Part shown: positions 32,501 to 41,943 of the stretch, in pieces
How positions within the stretch are numbered: position 1 is the first letter of the stretch
Layout: each line of letters starts with the position of its first letter
From: Acidobacteriota bacterium
GTDB taxonomy: Bacteria > Acidobacteriota > UBA6911 > RPQK01 > JAJDTT01
NCBI GenBank assembly: GCA_965263035.1
Contig: OZ253580.1
Location: forward strand, 5,504,001 to 5,568,000
Length of the DNA: 64,000 nt
Reading direction: 5' to 3'
The notes under the pieces: model-generated
Databases searched by the model: none
Told to the model about the DNA's origin: nothing
The model's input: the letters and a program-made list of their open reading frames with translations, nothing else
Made by a program: the position numbers and the translations under genes

Positions 32501-32758
32501 GGAGACGACCTGCGGAACACCCTGTTGCGGGTGAACATCCGCGAGATCCGGGCGACGACCAAATCCCTCATGCCCGAGGGTCTGGAAGAGAACATCGACC
32601 ACCAGGAGATGGCCGATCTGATCTCCTTCATCCTCAAGTATCAGTACGAGGTCGGCACCGAGAGCGCAGGCATCGGCTACGGGGAGGAAGTCTACGAGGA
32701 GATGATGCTTCACCCGTCGCTGAGACCGGAGAATCAGGATTCGCAGAAGGGGAATTAG
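29591..32758 (+). CDS. PVC-type heme-binding CxxCH protein (putative membrane-bound dehydrogenase)
   Basis: N-terminal propeller (EPLVNDPVA..FDENGRLYV, DNWFRP, RGRIYR), HEAT-like middle, CVKCH...SLMPEGLE C-terminus. Confidence 0.9.
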   Translation: MESNLCLRTAGRFVAGAVLIPFLGCGVDEDTRDPFREIVDISRDEAALAEYLQPVPPKEPQEALASFEAVDGFRMEMVAHEPLVNDPVAAAFDENGRLYVAEMRDYPYQPGPGEKPMGVVRLLEDTDGDGTLDQSHVFADQLLWPTGVTVWKGGVFVTAPPDIWYLKDTDGDGKADIRNKVYSGFGHQNEQQMMNNIIMGVDHWIYGIASGNAGEIRSLENPDSPPVSLGARDFRFDPVNGRFETTTQTFQFGHSFDEWYNRFVCNQGMPGRHVVLPARYLERNPHLFVNLHRWLGPGANQVKPLVQGQTRLYKISPVERWRTIRQARRIFAGSSSRSAGVGHDYLTAGSGVTMYTGHAYPEKYRGSYFMGANTGNLIHRRVLIDDGVTFRSERGETEGSEFVRSTDNWFRPANAVNAPDGTVYFLDMSRELIEATHVPGRVMKHLDFTNGRDRGRIYRLAPPGFVSPPPPRLGEATTEELVAHLEHDGGWWRATAHRLVRERQDRSAAPLLRRLLRESSRPLARMHALWSLEGLGSLRERDLLRGLGDPEAGVRVHAVRLAESRLNRSRALSRKVSDLAQDPEIRVRFQVALSLGEVRGQRALPALVRIAREDTGDFWVQNAVLSSCADFAHQLFARLANEETFLAQPESVQWLSQLARAVGARDRARELRRVLGVMAANPVLAAKPSARQEIILGMAEGLAYSGGSLVGLRRLPASAASLIKSHMERAGKIVADGSASLEDRLQSIRLLHHDRLDRVKPVLTSLVDPQQPQDLQIAAIDALAGFAIPEIPSLLLEDWTAHSPRTRSKILESLFSRQEWTLALLQAVSEESVAASQIDAKRRELLMNHDDESIREQAVRLLGSEELGSRQDVLAEFQASLSLTGDHKRGEAVYRRECVKCHRLSSREHPTGPNLIRGLEKDPESLLANILDPNRFIEPQYLQYVATDLKGGLYTGLLRDETATSVTLVEGDDLRNTLLRVNIREIRATTKSLMPEGLEENIDHQEMADLISFILKYQYEVGTESAGIGYGEEVYEEMMLHPSLRPENQDSQKGN

Positions 32759-32891
32759 TTAATAAGGCCTGTGCAAACGAATGGACAGCATTGTTACCGG
32801 GTCACCAAAAGGGATCGACACTGACTCGGATGCGCCGGTATTTGAAGCATTAGTCCATGATAATTTGAAGAAAACTAACCCCCATTTCTCA

Positions 32892-34887
32892 GTGCGCCGT
32901 GGAAAGGCGCTGTTTCTCAGTGGGTGCGAATCCCACCCGGCAACTGTCGCTCCAGCCGGTAGCAGTCGGAGCGGTTCATGGAGGCAACGATATGGACTGA
33001 AGCACTCCGATGTCAAAGGGTCGCTTTAGGCGACTCAGCGAGTCCGCAGGCCGCAACATGTGAACGCTGCGCAGGCCTCGAAACGGGTAATGCGGAAGCC
33101 GACCCGCCTGAGAAACGCACGAAGGCTGCCAGCGGTCGGGAAGCGAGCGACGCAAGCACCGACCGGTTCCGCCGGGGTATTGGCGGTGGCATGTGGACAA
33201 GAGGGAGACAGCAGCAACACGGGAAGCCCCGCCGGTGGCGTGGCACGCGTCAACCGGGAACCCGTGAGGGCCAGCCTGGGCCGTCGGGGTGGCGGAGAGG
33301 CCCGTAGTACTGGAGAAGCCGGGTAACGCCGGTGGAGGGAAGGGGCCTTGGTTCGAGAACCGCGTTGGACGGGGAAAAGGACGTGAAGACTGGTGAGAAC
33401 CTAGTAGCTTCAGAGAAAGTTCAGAGACTCCGGAAGACGCTCCATGCGAGCATCGAAGGAGGCTCCGGGCTTCCGGTTCTACTCGCTGTGCGACAAGGTG
33501 TGGCGGTTGGACGTGCTCCGTGTGGCCTGGCAGGAGGTCCGCCGCAACGGCGGGTCGGCCGGGGTGGACGGGGAGGCGATCGCCGACATCGAGTCGTCGG
33601 GGGTGGACGGGTGGCTCGGGGAACTGGCGCGGGACCTGAAGGAAGGGACCTACCGGCCCAACGCGGTGCGGCAGGTTCTGATCCCGAAGAAGCAACGCGG
33701 GAAGTTCCGGCCTTTGGGCATTCCGTGTGTGCGGGATCGGGTGGCGCAGACGGCGGCAATGTTGGTGTTGTCGCCGATCTTCGAAGCCGATCTGGCCCCG
33801 GAACAATATGCCTATCGGCCGGGCCGGAGCGCGGGCGATGCCGTCAAGCACGTGCACCGACTGCTGAACCGGGGCCACCGCGAGGTGGTGGACGCCGACC
33901 TGACGGACTACTTCGGCCAGATCCCCCATGCCCAACTGATCAAGTCCGTGGCCCGCCGCATCAGTGATGGGCGGGTGGTGGGTTGGATCAAGGCTTGGTT
34001 GGAGATGGCGGTGGAGGAAGAGGACGGCTGCGGCGGACGACGCCGAACGACCCGGGCGCGGCAAGAGAGGAAAGGGACCCCGCAAGGGGCGCCCATCTCA
34101 CCGCTGCTGAGCAACTTGTACATGCGACGCTTCATTCTGGGCTGGAAGGGACTGGGCTACGCTCGGCGCTTCAAGGCGGAAATCGTCAACTACGCAGACG
34201 ACTTTGTGGTCCTGGGCCAAGCTCCGGCCGCGATCATGCGGACGGCGGTCGAGGATCTGGTGAAGCGTCTGAAGCTGGCGTTGAACGCGGAGAAGACCCG
34301 AGAGGTGCGGGTGCCGGAGGAACCGCTGGAGTTCCTCGGCTACCGGATTGGGCGCAACTACCGCCGGGATACGGGGCGAGCCTACATTGGGACGCGCCCG
34401 AGCCCGGCGAGCGTTCAGAGCCTCTGCCGCAGGGTGAGCGCGTTGACCGAGAGACGCTATGGACTCCTGGAACCCGAGCGAGTCGTGGGACGCCTCAACC
34501 GGCTTCTGAACGGTTGGGCGAACTACTTCTCGTTGGGTCAGGTGAGTCCCGCTTATGCGACGATCGATCGGCACGCGACCCGGCGGCTGCGCCAGTGGCT
34601 GAGCCGCAAGCACAAGGTGAGGGCCGGGAAGACGGTGCGCTTCCCGGACAAGCGACTCTGGAAGGAGTGGGAGCTCACTCGTCTTGGTCCGCGAACGGCC
34701 AGCTTTCCGTGGGCGCGCGTATGATCTCGTCCGAGAGCCGGATGCGTTAGTAGCGCACGTCCGGTTCGATGAGCGGGGAGAGGAAACGGGGTCACGGTGG
34801 AGATTGAGGCACCGGCATGAGGGCGAAAGCCGCCGGCAACAGCGACTCCCTTCGACCTACGGCCGTCGCGCCTCTCCTCGACTCTAC
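32892..34887 (+). mobile_element. Group II intron with RT/maturase ORF
   Basis: 5' GTGCG; domain V GAGCCGGATGCG...CGCACGTCCGGTTC at about 34735-34767; 3' end CGACTCTAC; EBS1-like TGAGAAA (33109-15) complementary to exon TTTCTCA (32885-91). Confidence 0.92.
33444..34724 (+). CDS. ltrA: Group II intron reverse transcriptase/maturase, no endonuclease domain; N-terminus frameshifted
   Basis: RPLGIP, GTPQGAPISPLLSN, YADD, EFLGY, GWANYF. Confidence 0.9.
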   Translation: MRASKEAPGFRFYSLCDKVWRLDVLRVAWQEVRRNGGSAGVDGEAIADIESSGVDGWLGELARDLKEGTYRPNAVRQVLIPKKQRGKFRPLGIPCVRDRVAQTAAMLVLSPIFEADLAPEQYAYRPGRSAGDAVKHVHRLLNRGHREVVDADLTDYFGQIPHAQLIKSVARRISDGRVVGWIKAWLEMAVEEEDGCGGRRRTTRARQERKGTPQGAPISPLLSNLYMRRFILGWKGLGYARRFKAEIVNYADDFVVLGQAPAAIMRTAVEDLVKRLKLALNAEKTREVRVPEEPLEFLGYRIGRNYRRDTGRAYIGTRPSPASVQSLCRRVSALTERRYGLLEPERVVGRLNRLLNGWANYFSLGQVSPAYATIDRHATRRLRQWLSRKHKVRAGKTVRFPDKRLWKEWELTRLGPRTASFPWARV

Positions 34888-36882
34888 CCAGATTATTCAT
34901 CACGCAAACATAAAATGAGCAAGCGTGCCCGTCATGTCGAGTCGGATCAGAGGGTTACGGGATACCCACAGAAAACGGATGGGATCCGACCTGGGTGAAA
35001 CGCTATCTTTGTTGTCAACGTCGGTTTAACCCCAGGATTCAAGGGGGGCCGAAACCCAAGCATTTCCACGGTTTGCGTCCCCTCCAAGGGCGGCATAAAG
35101 AGACGGCGTGCCCGTCATTTGTGGTATGATTATAGTGCTAAGAAACAACCACAATAAACGGAGCACGCCATGCCTGAGACGATACCGCAGATCCGGCCCT
35201 CATTCAACCGATCCCTCCGCCTCGAGACCCGCCCCGAGTTGCTCAGTGCGGACACGGGAGCCCTGGTGCAGCGGGAGCTGATGGAGCGCAGCGGCCTCAT
35301 CGACTGGTTGACCGAGCGGTTGCACGATCCGCGACACCCGAGTTCGATCCGCTATCCGCTGTCGGATCTGCTGCGAACTCGACTCCTGCTGCTGGGGCAG
35401 GGCTGGCGCGACCAGTCCGACGCCGACCGCCTGCGTCAGGATCCGAGCTTGCGGGTGGCGAGCCAGACCCGTCGGGGCACGGCGGCCTTGGAGGAGGGCC
35501 ACGGGCTGGCGTCACAGCCGACCTTGTCCCGACTGTTGGACACGCTCAGCCGGGAGGAGAACCTTCCGGTCCTGCACCAGGCGGTGACGGAGCTGGCGTG
35601 CCGTCGGATCGAGATGATCGAAGGTCGGCGGCGAAAACGGGGGAAAAAGACCCCACGGAAGAAGAGACGGAAAAAGACGATGGTCCTGGACGTGGACGGT
35701 CTCCCGGTCGAGGTCCATGGGCATCCCCCGGGAAGCGAATGGAACGGATACTATCGCCAGCGGATGTACCACGGATTGGTGGCGAGTTGTGCCGAGACGG
35801 GGGACCTGATCGACGGGGAGATTTTTCCGGGAGCCAGCTACCTGGGGAAGAAGGCGCTGAAGTTGACGCTCCGGGTGGTGGACCGCTGTCGGGGGCGTGT
35901 GTGCGGCTCGATGATCGTGCGGATGGATGCGGGGTTCCCGGAGCCGGGGCTGCTGCAGGGGCTGGAGTCGAGAAGCGTGCCCTATATCGCTCGAATCCGC
36001 AAGAATGAGGTCCTGAACCGGATGGCGAAGCCCTACTTGACCCAGCCGGCGGGGCGATCCCCGAAAGCACCACCGAGGCTCTGGTTCCATGAGCTGACCT
36101 ATCAGGCGGAGAGCTGGGATCGGGCGCGCCGGGTGGTGCTGGTGGTGCGGGAGCGACCGGGGGAGTTGTATCCGGATCATTTCTGGTTGCTGACGAGCCT
36201 GAGTCGGAAACGATACGAGGCGGAAGCGTTGCTGGCGCGGTACCGCAAACGGGGGAAGGCGGAAGGCCACATGGGGGAGTTGATGGACGTGCTCGATCCG
36301 GCCTTGTCCTCCGCGAGCCGGCCCAAGACGCACTACCGGGGGAAGCCGCTGAAGTCGGAAGCCAAGCCGGAAGCGAGGACGGAGGCCGGGGTTCGACCCC
36401 ACAACGAAGTCTTGTTTCTGCTGAATCTGCTGGGGTACGAGATCCTGCACCTGGGTCGGGTGCTGATGGAGCAGGCGACGCGTCGGGGCTGGAGTCTGCG
36501 TCGTTTTCGCGAGCGGGTGTTGCGAGTGGCATCTCGGGCGCTACGTCAGGGGAGGCGATTGATTTTCGTCATCAGTCAAGGGGCGACGGACTGGAAGCGG
36601 TTGTGGAAGAGACTGGCGCGGGTGTCCTGGGCGCCGGGATAGCGGACGGAGGAGGAATCGGGCCCGTGGAAGGGACCGAAACGGTGGGGATTTCTCACCG
36701 GAGAGTCAATCTGTCGGCGGGTGACGGCCCCCTTGGCCGTTAAACGGTTTATGACTGGTTCAATCGTCCTGTTTTTGAGCCGATTCAGTCGAATCGACAG
36801 AGGTTCAAGAGAAACCGGGCTGCGACCGCACGAAAACGCCGGGTTGGAAGCCCTTATCAACATGTTCCATGAATAATCTGGG
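34887..36882 (+). mobile_element. Inner IS1380-family element
   Basis: Perfect 14-bp IR CCCAGATTATTCAT / ATGAATAATCTGGG; 5-bp target duplication CTCTA (34882-86, 36883-87). Confidence 0.92.
35170..36642 (+). CDS. IS1380-family transposase
   Basis: LSADTGAL, LASQPTLSRL, LDVD, VRMDAGF, YRKRGKAE. Confidence 0.9.
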   Translation: MPETIPQIRPSFNRSLRLETRPELLSADTGALVQRELMERSGLIDWLTERLHDPRHPSSIRYPLSDLLRTRLLLLGQGWRDQSDADRLRQDPSLRVASQTRRGTAALEEGHGLASQPTLSRLLDTLSREENLPVLHQAVTELACRRIEMIEGRRRKRGKKTPRKKRRKKTMVLDVDGLPVEVHGHPPGSEWNGYYRQRMYHGLVASCAETGDLIDGEIFPGASYLGKKALKLTLRVVDRCRGRVCGSMIVRMDAGFPEPGLLQGLESRSVPYIARIRKNEVLNRMAKPYLTQPAGRSPKAPPRLWFHELTYQAESWDRARRVVLVVRERPGELYPDHFWLLTSLSRKRYEAEALLARYRKRGKAEGHMGELMDVLDPALSSASRPKTHYRGKPLKSEAKPEARTEAGVRPHNEVLFLLNLLGYEILHLGRVLMEQATRRGWSLRRFRERVLRVASRALRQGRRLIFVISQGATDWKRLWKRLARVSWAPG

Positions 36883-37126
36883 CTCTACACACCGACACGA
36901 TAATCAGTTGGTTTAACAGCATTTCAGTGGTTTTCTTATCTACATGAATTCGAGAGCCGTCTGGCCGACTCGAATGCGGTGACGAATGCCGAAATCCGGC
37001 GATGGTCAGGGGCATTTGACCTCCCACCGGCACTCATGAGCGAGGTTTCTCCCCCAAGAGCCGACTCCAGGGCAGAGTCCGTCCCGCGGACTCCCAACCG
37101 GGCGTCTTCCATAGGGCTGGTTCTCG

Positions 37127-38539
37127 CTAACAGCGAAGCGGGAGGGCTTGCACTTGTGCCAGAACCGTCCGCAACAACGCCGCATGGGGGTAGCTCTCGG
37201 AAAACGACAGCCAGACCTTGCGCGTCGTGACCCGGACCTGTGCCCCGATCTTCAGCAATCTCACCCGCAGGGTCCAGCTCTGCGCCCGCGCCAGCTTCGT
37301 CCCTGCCAGTCCCACCCGCCGCAACGTCTCCATCATCACGTAGGCGAACGCCGAGAAATACAACCGCAGTTGATTCCCCGCCAGCTTCCGGGTCGACGTG
37401 CGGTCCGCAAACAGACCCAGCTGCTGTTCCTTTATCCGATTCTCCATGTCTCCCCGCGCGCAGTAGACCTCCTCGTACAATCTGCGCCCATCGCATTCCT
37501 GGACCGGGACCGAAGTCACGATGAACCGCGGGTTCTTTCCCCGGGGCAGGTGCTCCACCTTCGCCACCACCCGACGCTCGCACGACCACGTGTCCCGCGT
37601 CTGGTAGCGTAGTTCCTGAAACTGCCTCACCGCCTTCCCGATCGCCCGCTGCAACTGCCGGACGGTCTCCATCCGGGTCGCGATCCTCCGCTTCAGCCGA
37701 TCGTTCTGCGCCAACCCCAGGACGTAATCGATCCCTTCCTTCTCGCACCAGACCATCAACTCGTCGTTGGAGAAGGCACTGTCCCCTCGAACCACGATCC
37801 GGACCTGGGGCCACGCTTCACGCAGCCGCCTCACGATCGGTTCCAACTCCGCCACCACCCCGTGGGCCGCGCCTCGATCCGCCGTGCGCAGCCGCGCACA
37901 CAACAGGTGTTCCCCACAGAAGACGTACAGCGGCAGGTAGCAGTAGCGTTTGTAATAGCCGTGGAAAAACCGTCCCTCCTGCTTCCCATGCAGCGGATCG
38001 TCCGTGGCGTCCACGTCCAGGATCACCTCCTCCGGGGGCTCCGGATGCGCTTCCACAAACACCTCCAGCAGCAGTTCGTCCATCCCCGCCGGGTCGGCCA
38101 CGATCTTCTTGTACGCGCCCTCCGGTCCCTCCAACGGAGTCCGCTCCAGTCGGTTCAGGGTGCTCTTGCCTGCCAGCGGTTTGCCTCGATCCGACTCCAC
38201 GCGCCGGAACTCCCCCGTCAGGTCGTCCCGGTCGCACAGTAGCGCCAGGAGCCGGTCCCGGCACAACTCGTCGTGGTCGTTGAGGTCCTCGTAGCCCAGG
38301 CACAGCCCCAGCACCCGCTGTTTGATCAACGCCTCCACCGGGTGTTCGACTCGATCCGGGTCTCGATAGTCGGTGAAGCATTCGCTCAGACGACCCAGAA
38401 TCCGGGTCCGCTGCTCCACTTCGCGCAAGAGGACACCACCGGCGTCGGAGGTGATCTCGCCGCCGTCGAACCGGCCCACGACGTCCCGTCCGTCCAGGCC
38501 CTGAAATCTGAGCTTTATTCTGGTACACTCTGCGTTCAT
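37127..38539 (-). CDS. IS1380-family transposase of the outer element
   Basis: FDGGEITSDAG, GYEDLNDHD, LDVDATDD, RGDSAF, YCARGDMENRIKEQ. Confidence 0.93.
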   Translation of the reverse strand: MNAECTRIKLRFQGLDGRDVVGRFDGGEITSDAGGVLLREVEQRTRILGRLSECFTDYRDPDRVEHPVEALIKQRVLGLCLGYEDLNDHDELCRDRLLALLCDRDDLTGEFRRVESDRGKPLAGKSTLNRLERTPLEGPEGAYKKIVADPAGMDELLLEVFVEAHPEPPEEVILDVDATDDPLHGKQEGRFFHGYYKRYCYLPLYVFCGEHLLCARLRTADRGAAHGVVAELEPIVRRLREAWPQVRIVVRGDSAFSNDELMVWCEKEGIDYVLGLAQNDRLKRRIATRMETVRQLQRAIGKAVRQFQELRYQTRDTWSCERRVVAKVEHLPRGKNPRFIVTSVPVQECDGRRLYEEVYCARGDMENRIKEQQLGLFADRTSTRKLAGNQLRLYFSAFAYVMMETLRRVGLAGTKLARAQSWTLRVRLLKIGAQVRVTTRKVWLSFSESYPHAALLRTVLAQVQALPLRC

Positions 38540-39167
38540 AAGGTCGCGTTCCTTCTGCTTTGTAAGTTATTGATTACACAACACTTATAGCAGAATACGC
38601 GGCCTTTATCTATCTTTCTGTTGAGATTTCCGGGCTACGCGAGCACTTCGGGTTGGAGCAAGACTGATATCTACGGCGATCATTCCGATGTCTATACGTC
38701 TGTGGATTTGCCCGAGATCATTTTGCCGCGGCATCAACACCTCGGTGATTACGCTAGCGTTGTATCGCGGCTCATCGAGATTTTTTCGAAAATCGCCAAG
38801 ACGGACGAACTCACCCTCTATCGCAACTTGGTTGCGGCCGACCGTGATGTCATACGGGTACGCACTGCTGAAAGCGACGATGGCAGCGTAGTCGCAAGCG
38901 GCGGAATCAATCTCATGCGGGGTGCGCACGACATGCTCTTGGCTGCGGCCTGCTCACTAAGGAATCCCCAACCTCTCTATCGGGCCGGTGCAAACAAAGA
39001 GGCCAGCGACTACTTGCGCCGAGTTCGCTTGGGACAGACTGAACAGGGTAGTTTCGTTATCACACTGCTGACACCTGTTGTTCCGCCACGGATACAGCCA
39101 ACACTCGGCCGAGAATATGATCGAGACGACGATCCAATCGAGCGGCAGGTGACACGGCGTCTAGCTA

Positions 39168-40817
39168 ATTCTCATCCAGAAAGTTGGGTTTTGGGGGATT
39201 GGGTAGCCCGAGGAAGGCCGGAGAAACTGCAATAAACCGGCTCGATGGGGGCCGAAAGCAGGAAATTCAAGTCCGTTGAGAGCCGATCCCGGATTTTGAA
39301 GACACGAGTCCCTGACGGGGCATCGGCAATGGATTCAAGCTGCGCTTACAGCAGCAGGCGGGCCAGAACCAGCAGGTTGAAGCTGATGATCGAGAGGTAC
39401 ACATATTGCTGGAAGTGGGGCCAGCCCTTCCAGGTGCAGCGTCCGAGTCCGAACACTCGCTTGAGCCACGAGATGCACCCTTCGATGCCGGCCCGGAAGC
39501 GTCGCAGTTGCCGGTAGACCCAACTGGAGCGCACCATCTCAGGGACCTTCAGTCCGCGTTTCTTGGCAAAGGCGACATCCTGGACGCCTTGCTTTTTGGC
39601 CCACTCCAGATTGGAGCGGCTGGCAAAGCATCCGTCACAACTGACCTGTCGAGGCCAACGGCCGTACAGATCATACTGGCGCCGCATCCAGGGCTGGAAC
39701 TGACCGGCATCGTTAGGGTTCCCCCGCACCACCTCAGCATCCAGCATCAGGCCGGAGACGCCGCCGGTCAGAAACAGCTTGTGCCCAAAGACCGTTTCCC
39801 GGCGCTTCTTTTTGATGATGTCGGTGTGCTCCTCAAACAAGGAGAGGACTTTCTCGGCGGCCGGAACCGTCTCTCCCCGCAGCACACGCCGCTCGGTCTG
39901 GTCGATGATCTTCTTCGTCAAATCCAAGTAATGGCGCAGTTGACCGGCGATGACCAGACTGGGCAGGTCGGTGAACCGATCCGCTTGCCGCAGCGCCCTC
40001 TCGGCGTCATGAGCGGTCTTGCGAGCGACCTTCAACAGATCCCGATAGGCTCGCAGACGACGCTTGCCCCGGTGGTTGGCGATGTTCGCAACAGCGTCGC
40101 TTGGCCCGGCGCCGGTGATCCGAAAAGACGATCTTGTGAGGTCGGGCCAAGCGGCGCAGCCAGCGGGTGAGGACTCGAACCGAGTCGGACAACATCTGGG
40201 AATCCCGCGGATAGGGGATGGGGCTTTCCACGGCCGTGGCATCGGCTCGGATCTTCCGTCCCCGTTCCAGTCCCTGGCCCTCCGCCCATTGCACCAGGAG
40301 CCGGTTGATCTGCTGCCAGGTTCCGGCTTGAATCCGGCTGATGTTGTCCTGGAGGCAGGAGGCACTGGGGGTCCATTGCCAAGGGAGTCGAGCGAAGCGA
40401 CGAAAGCTCTGAGAGTCGCTCCAGAGGAACGCCAACTTGGTGTAGGGCAGCTGATGCCAGTTCTTGAGGATGGCCGCGCGCAGGACCTGCTCTGCGGAGA
40501 GACCCGGAGCCCCCTGGCCTGAACCGGCGGTGTCACACAGATCGTGTAGAACCAGACCCAGGATCGAGGGGTTGTCATCCAAGATCTTGGAAACAGCTTT
40601 CAATTCCTGGGCGAGTCGGTGACCGGGCCAGAGCCCGGAGAGCGGAAGCTGGTTTTCCCGTTTTCGGCGCATTGTTCAAGCCCCCGGTTTTGTGTAAGTC
40701 ATTTGGTTGCTTTTATTTAGCACCAATAGACTACCAAACGACTATGACAGAACCGGGGCTTGAAAATGCCTCCTTAGTCCTTATTTCCCAATAACTTACG
40801 GCTTTCCGGATGAGAAC
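39168..40817 (-). mobile_element. ISNCY-type (ISDol1-like) insertion sequence
   Basis: 16-bp IR ATTCTCATCCAGAAAG / CTTTCCGGATGAGAAC (2 mismatches); 6-bp direct repeat TAGCTA at 39162-67 and 40818-23. Confidence 0.8.
39346..40672 (-). pseudogene. Frameshifted DDE transposase
   Basis: MRRKRENQLPL...RADAT frame breaks near 40090 (AKRR|..NIAN); second frame has EKVLSLFEEHTD, FGHK, FRAGIEG. Confidence 0.8.
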
Positions 40818-41943
40818 TAGCTAGCGCTCTTGCCGCTACTCGAAAAGCGACTGAAAGAACGGTCAAAGGAGATGCCAGCGCCTTCTCGGAGGCCGTGAAT
40901 GACGGTGTAAGCGCCAATCTGTGTGAGGCACTTGTTGAAGTGATTGAACCATTCCAGACAGTGGATGTTAGTCTGACCTGGGCTCGGACACGTCCGACAC
41001 ATCAAGCCCAGGATATCATTCACTTTGCCGCTGACGATGCTCCCATTTTGCGCGAAGCCTCACGGTTGTTCCGAGACCACGAACCGTGCCCGGATAAGAC
41101 TTTGTTTGGCGTTGTGCGGACGCTGAGTCGTGGCGAGGCCGAAACGAAAGGAACAGTTACTTTGCTGGCATCCATCGACGGGACGATCAAGTCAGTCAAA
41201 ACCGTTTTGCAGCAGTCTGACTACGAGCGGGCGATCTTGGCTCATAAAGAGAAGGCCCCAGTAGTAATGAAGGGTGATCTTGAGCGCTCTGGACAACGAT
41301 GGCGCTTGCTGAACCCGAAAATTGTAAATGTCATCCAGGGTAGCGAGTAGAGCCCGGGGTTATCGTGCCAAAGAAACAGCCCACACCCCAACCCGACCCC
41401 AAAGACAGAGCCCCGCTTCCATGCGCGACCTGGAAGATGTTTTCGGTCAGCTAATAGCAGCACCTCCTGGCAAGTTGAAGAGTGAGAATAGGGAGCCTGC
41501 ACGGCAGAATTGAGGCAGCGTTACAGACTGGTCCGTCGGCGTTGATGGCCAGCCTTGCTGATTTTGCTACATAAATCCCTTAAGTTAACGGACGAAGCCC
41601 GGTGCGGAACCGTGCCGGAAAGTATATTCTGGTCGGCAGGAGGAAGGCCCACCGAGACTCCGCATAATCGGCGGGAGCACGGGCTCCGCCCAGTTCTGAC
41701 CATGGCGACGGGATCCCCTTCGGTCCGTTCGATGGTCGTTTTTAGTGGAACGCTCCTCATTCTCCCATCATCGGCGGATACGGATTCCTGCGGCGCAGGC
41801 TCCTAGCCCGGATAGCCTCCGCCGGTCTCCGCGCCGGCCCTCCGGGTGACACCCCTGGCCCGCTGCGGCTCAGAGGCCCTTAGGGCCGGAAGGTGCCCTT
41901 CCGGCCAGGCAGCACGCCCAGGAAGACCACCGGTGAGGGGGCG

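Larger units (their letters stand above)
32879..38634 (-). mobile_element. Outer IS1380-family element carrying a nested group II intron and a second IS1380
   Basis: Removing the intron and inner IS rejoins CCCCCATTTCTCA|ACA, matching the inverted end CCCGGAAATCTCAACA (38619-38634); flanks CTAA / CTAC. Confidence 0.7.
38635..41350 (+). pseudogene. Conserved-looking hypothetical gene, 5'-truncated by IS1380 and split by an ISNCY-type element
   Basis: Removing 39168-40817 plus one TAGCTA gives the open frame ...QVTRRLA-SALAATRKA...GVSANLCEAL...GSE*; lower GC than the flanking core genes. Confidence 0.75.

Noticed and set aside
32759-32878. Start of the disrupted 38635-41350 gene left of the outer IS1380
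   Set aside because: The target duplication does not match and the joined sequence does not give a convincing continuous N-terminus
41563-41590. Second dif-like site GCTACATAA-ATCCC-TTAAGTTAAC
   Set aside because: The spacer is 5 nt and the arm match is weak; it may simply be AT-rich DNA
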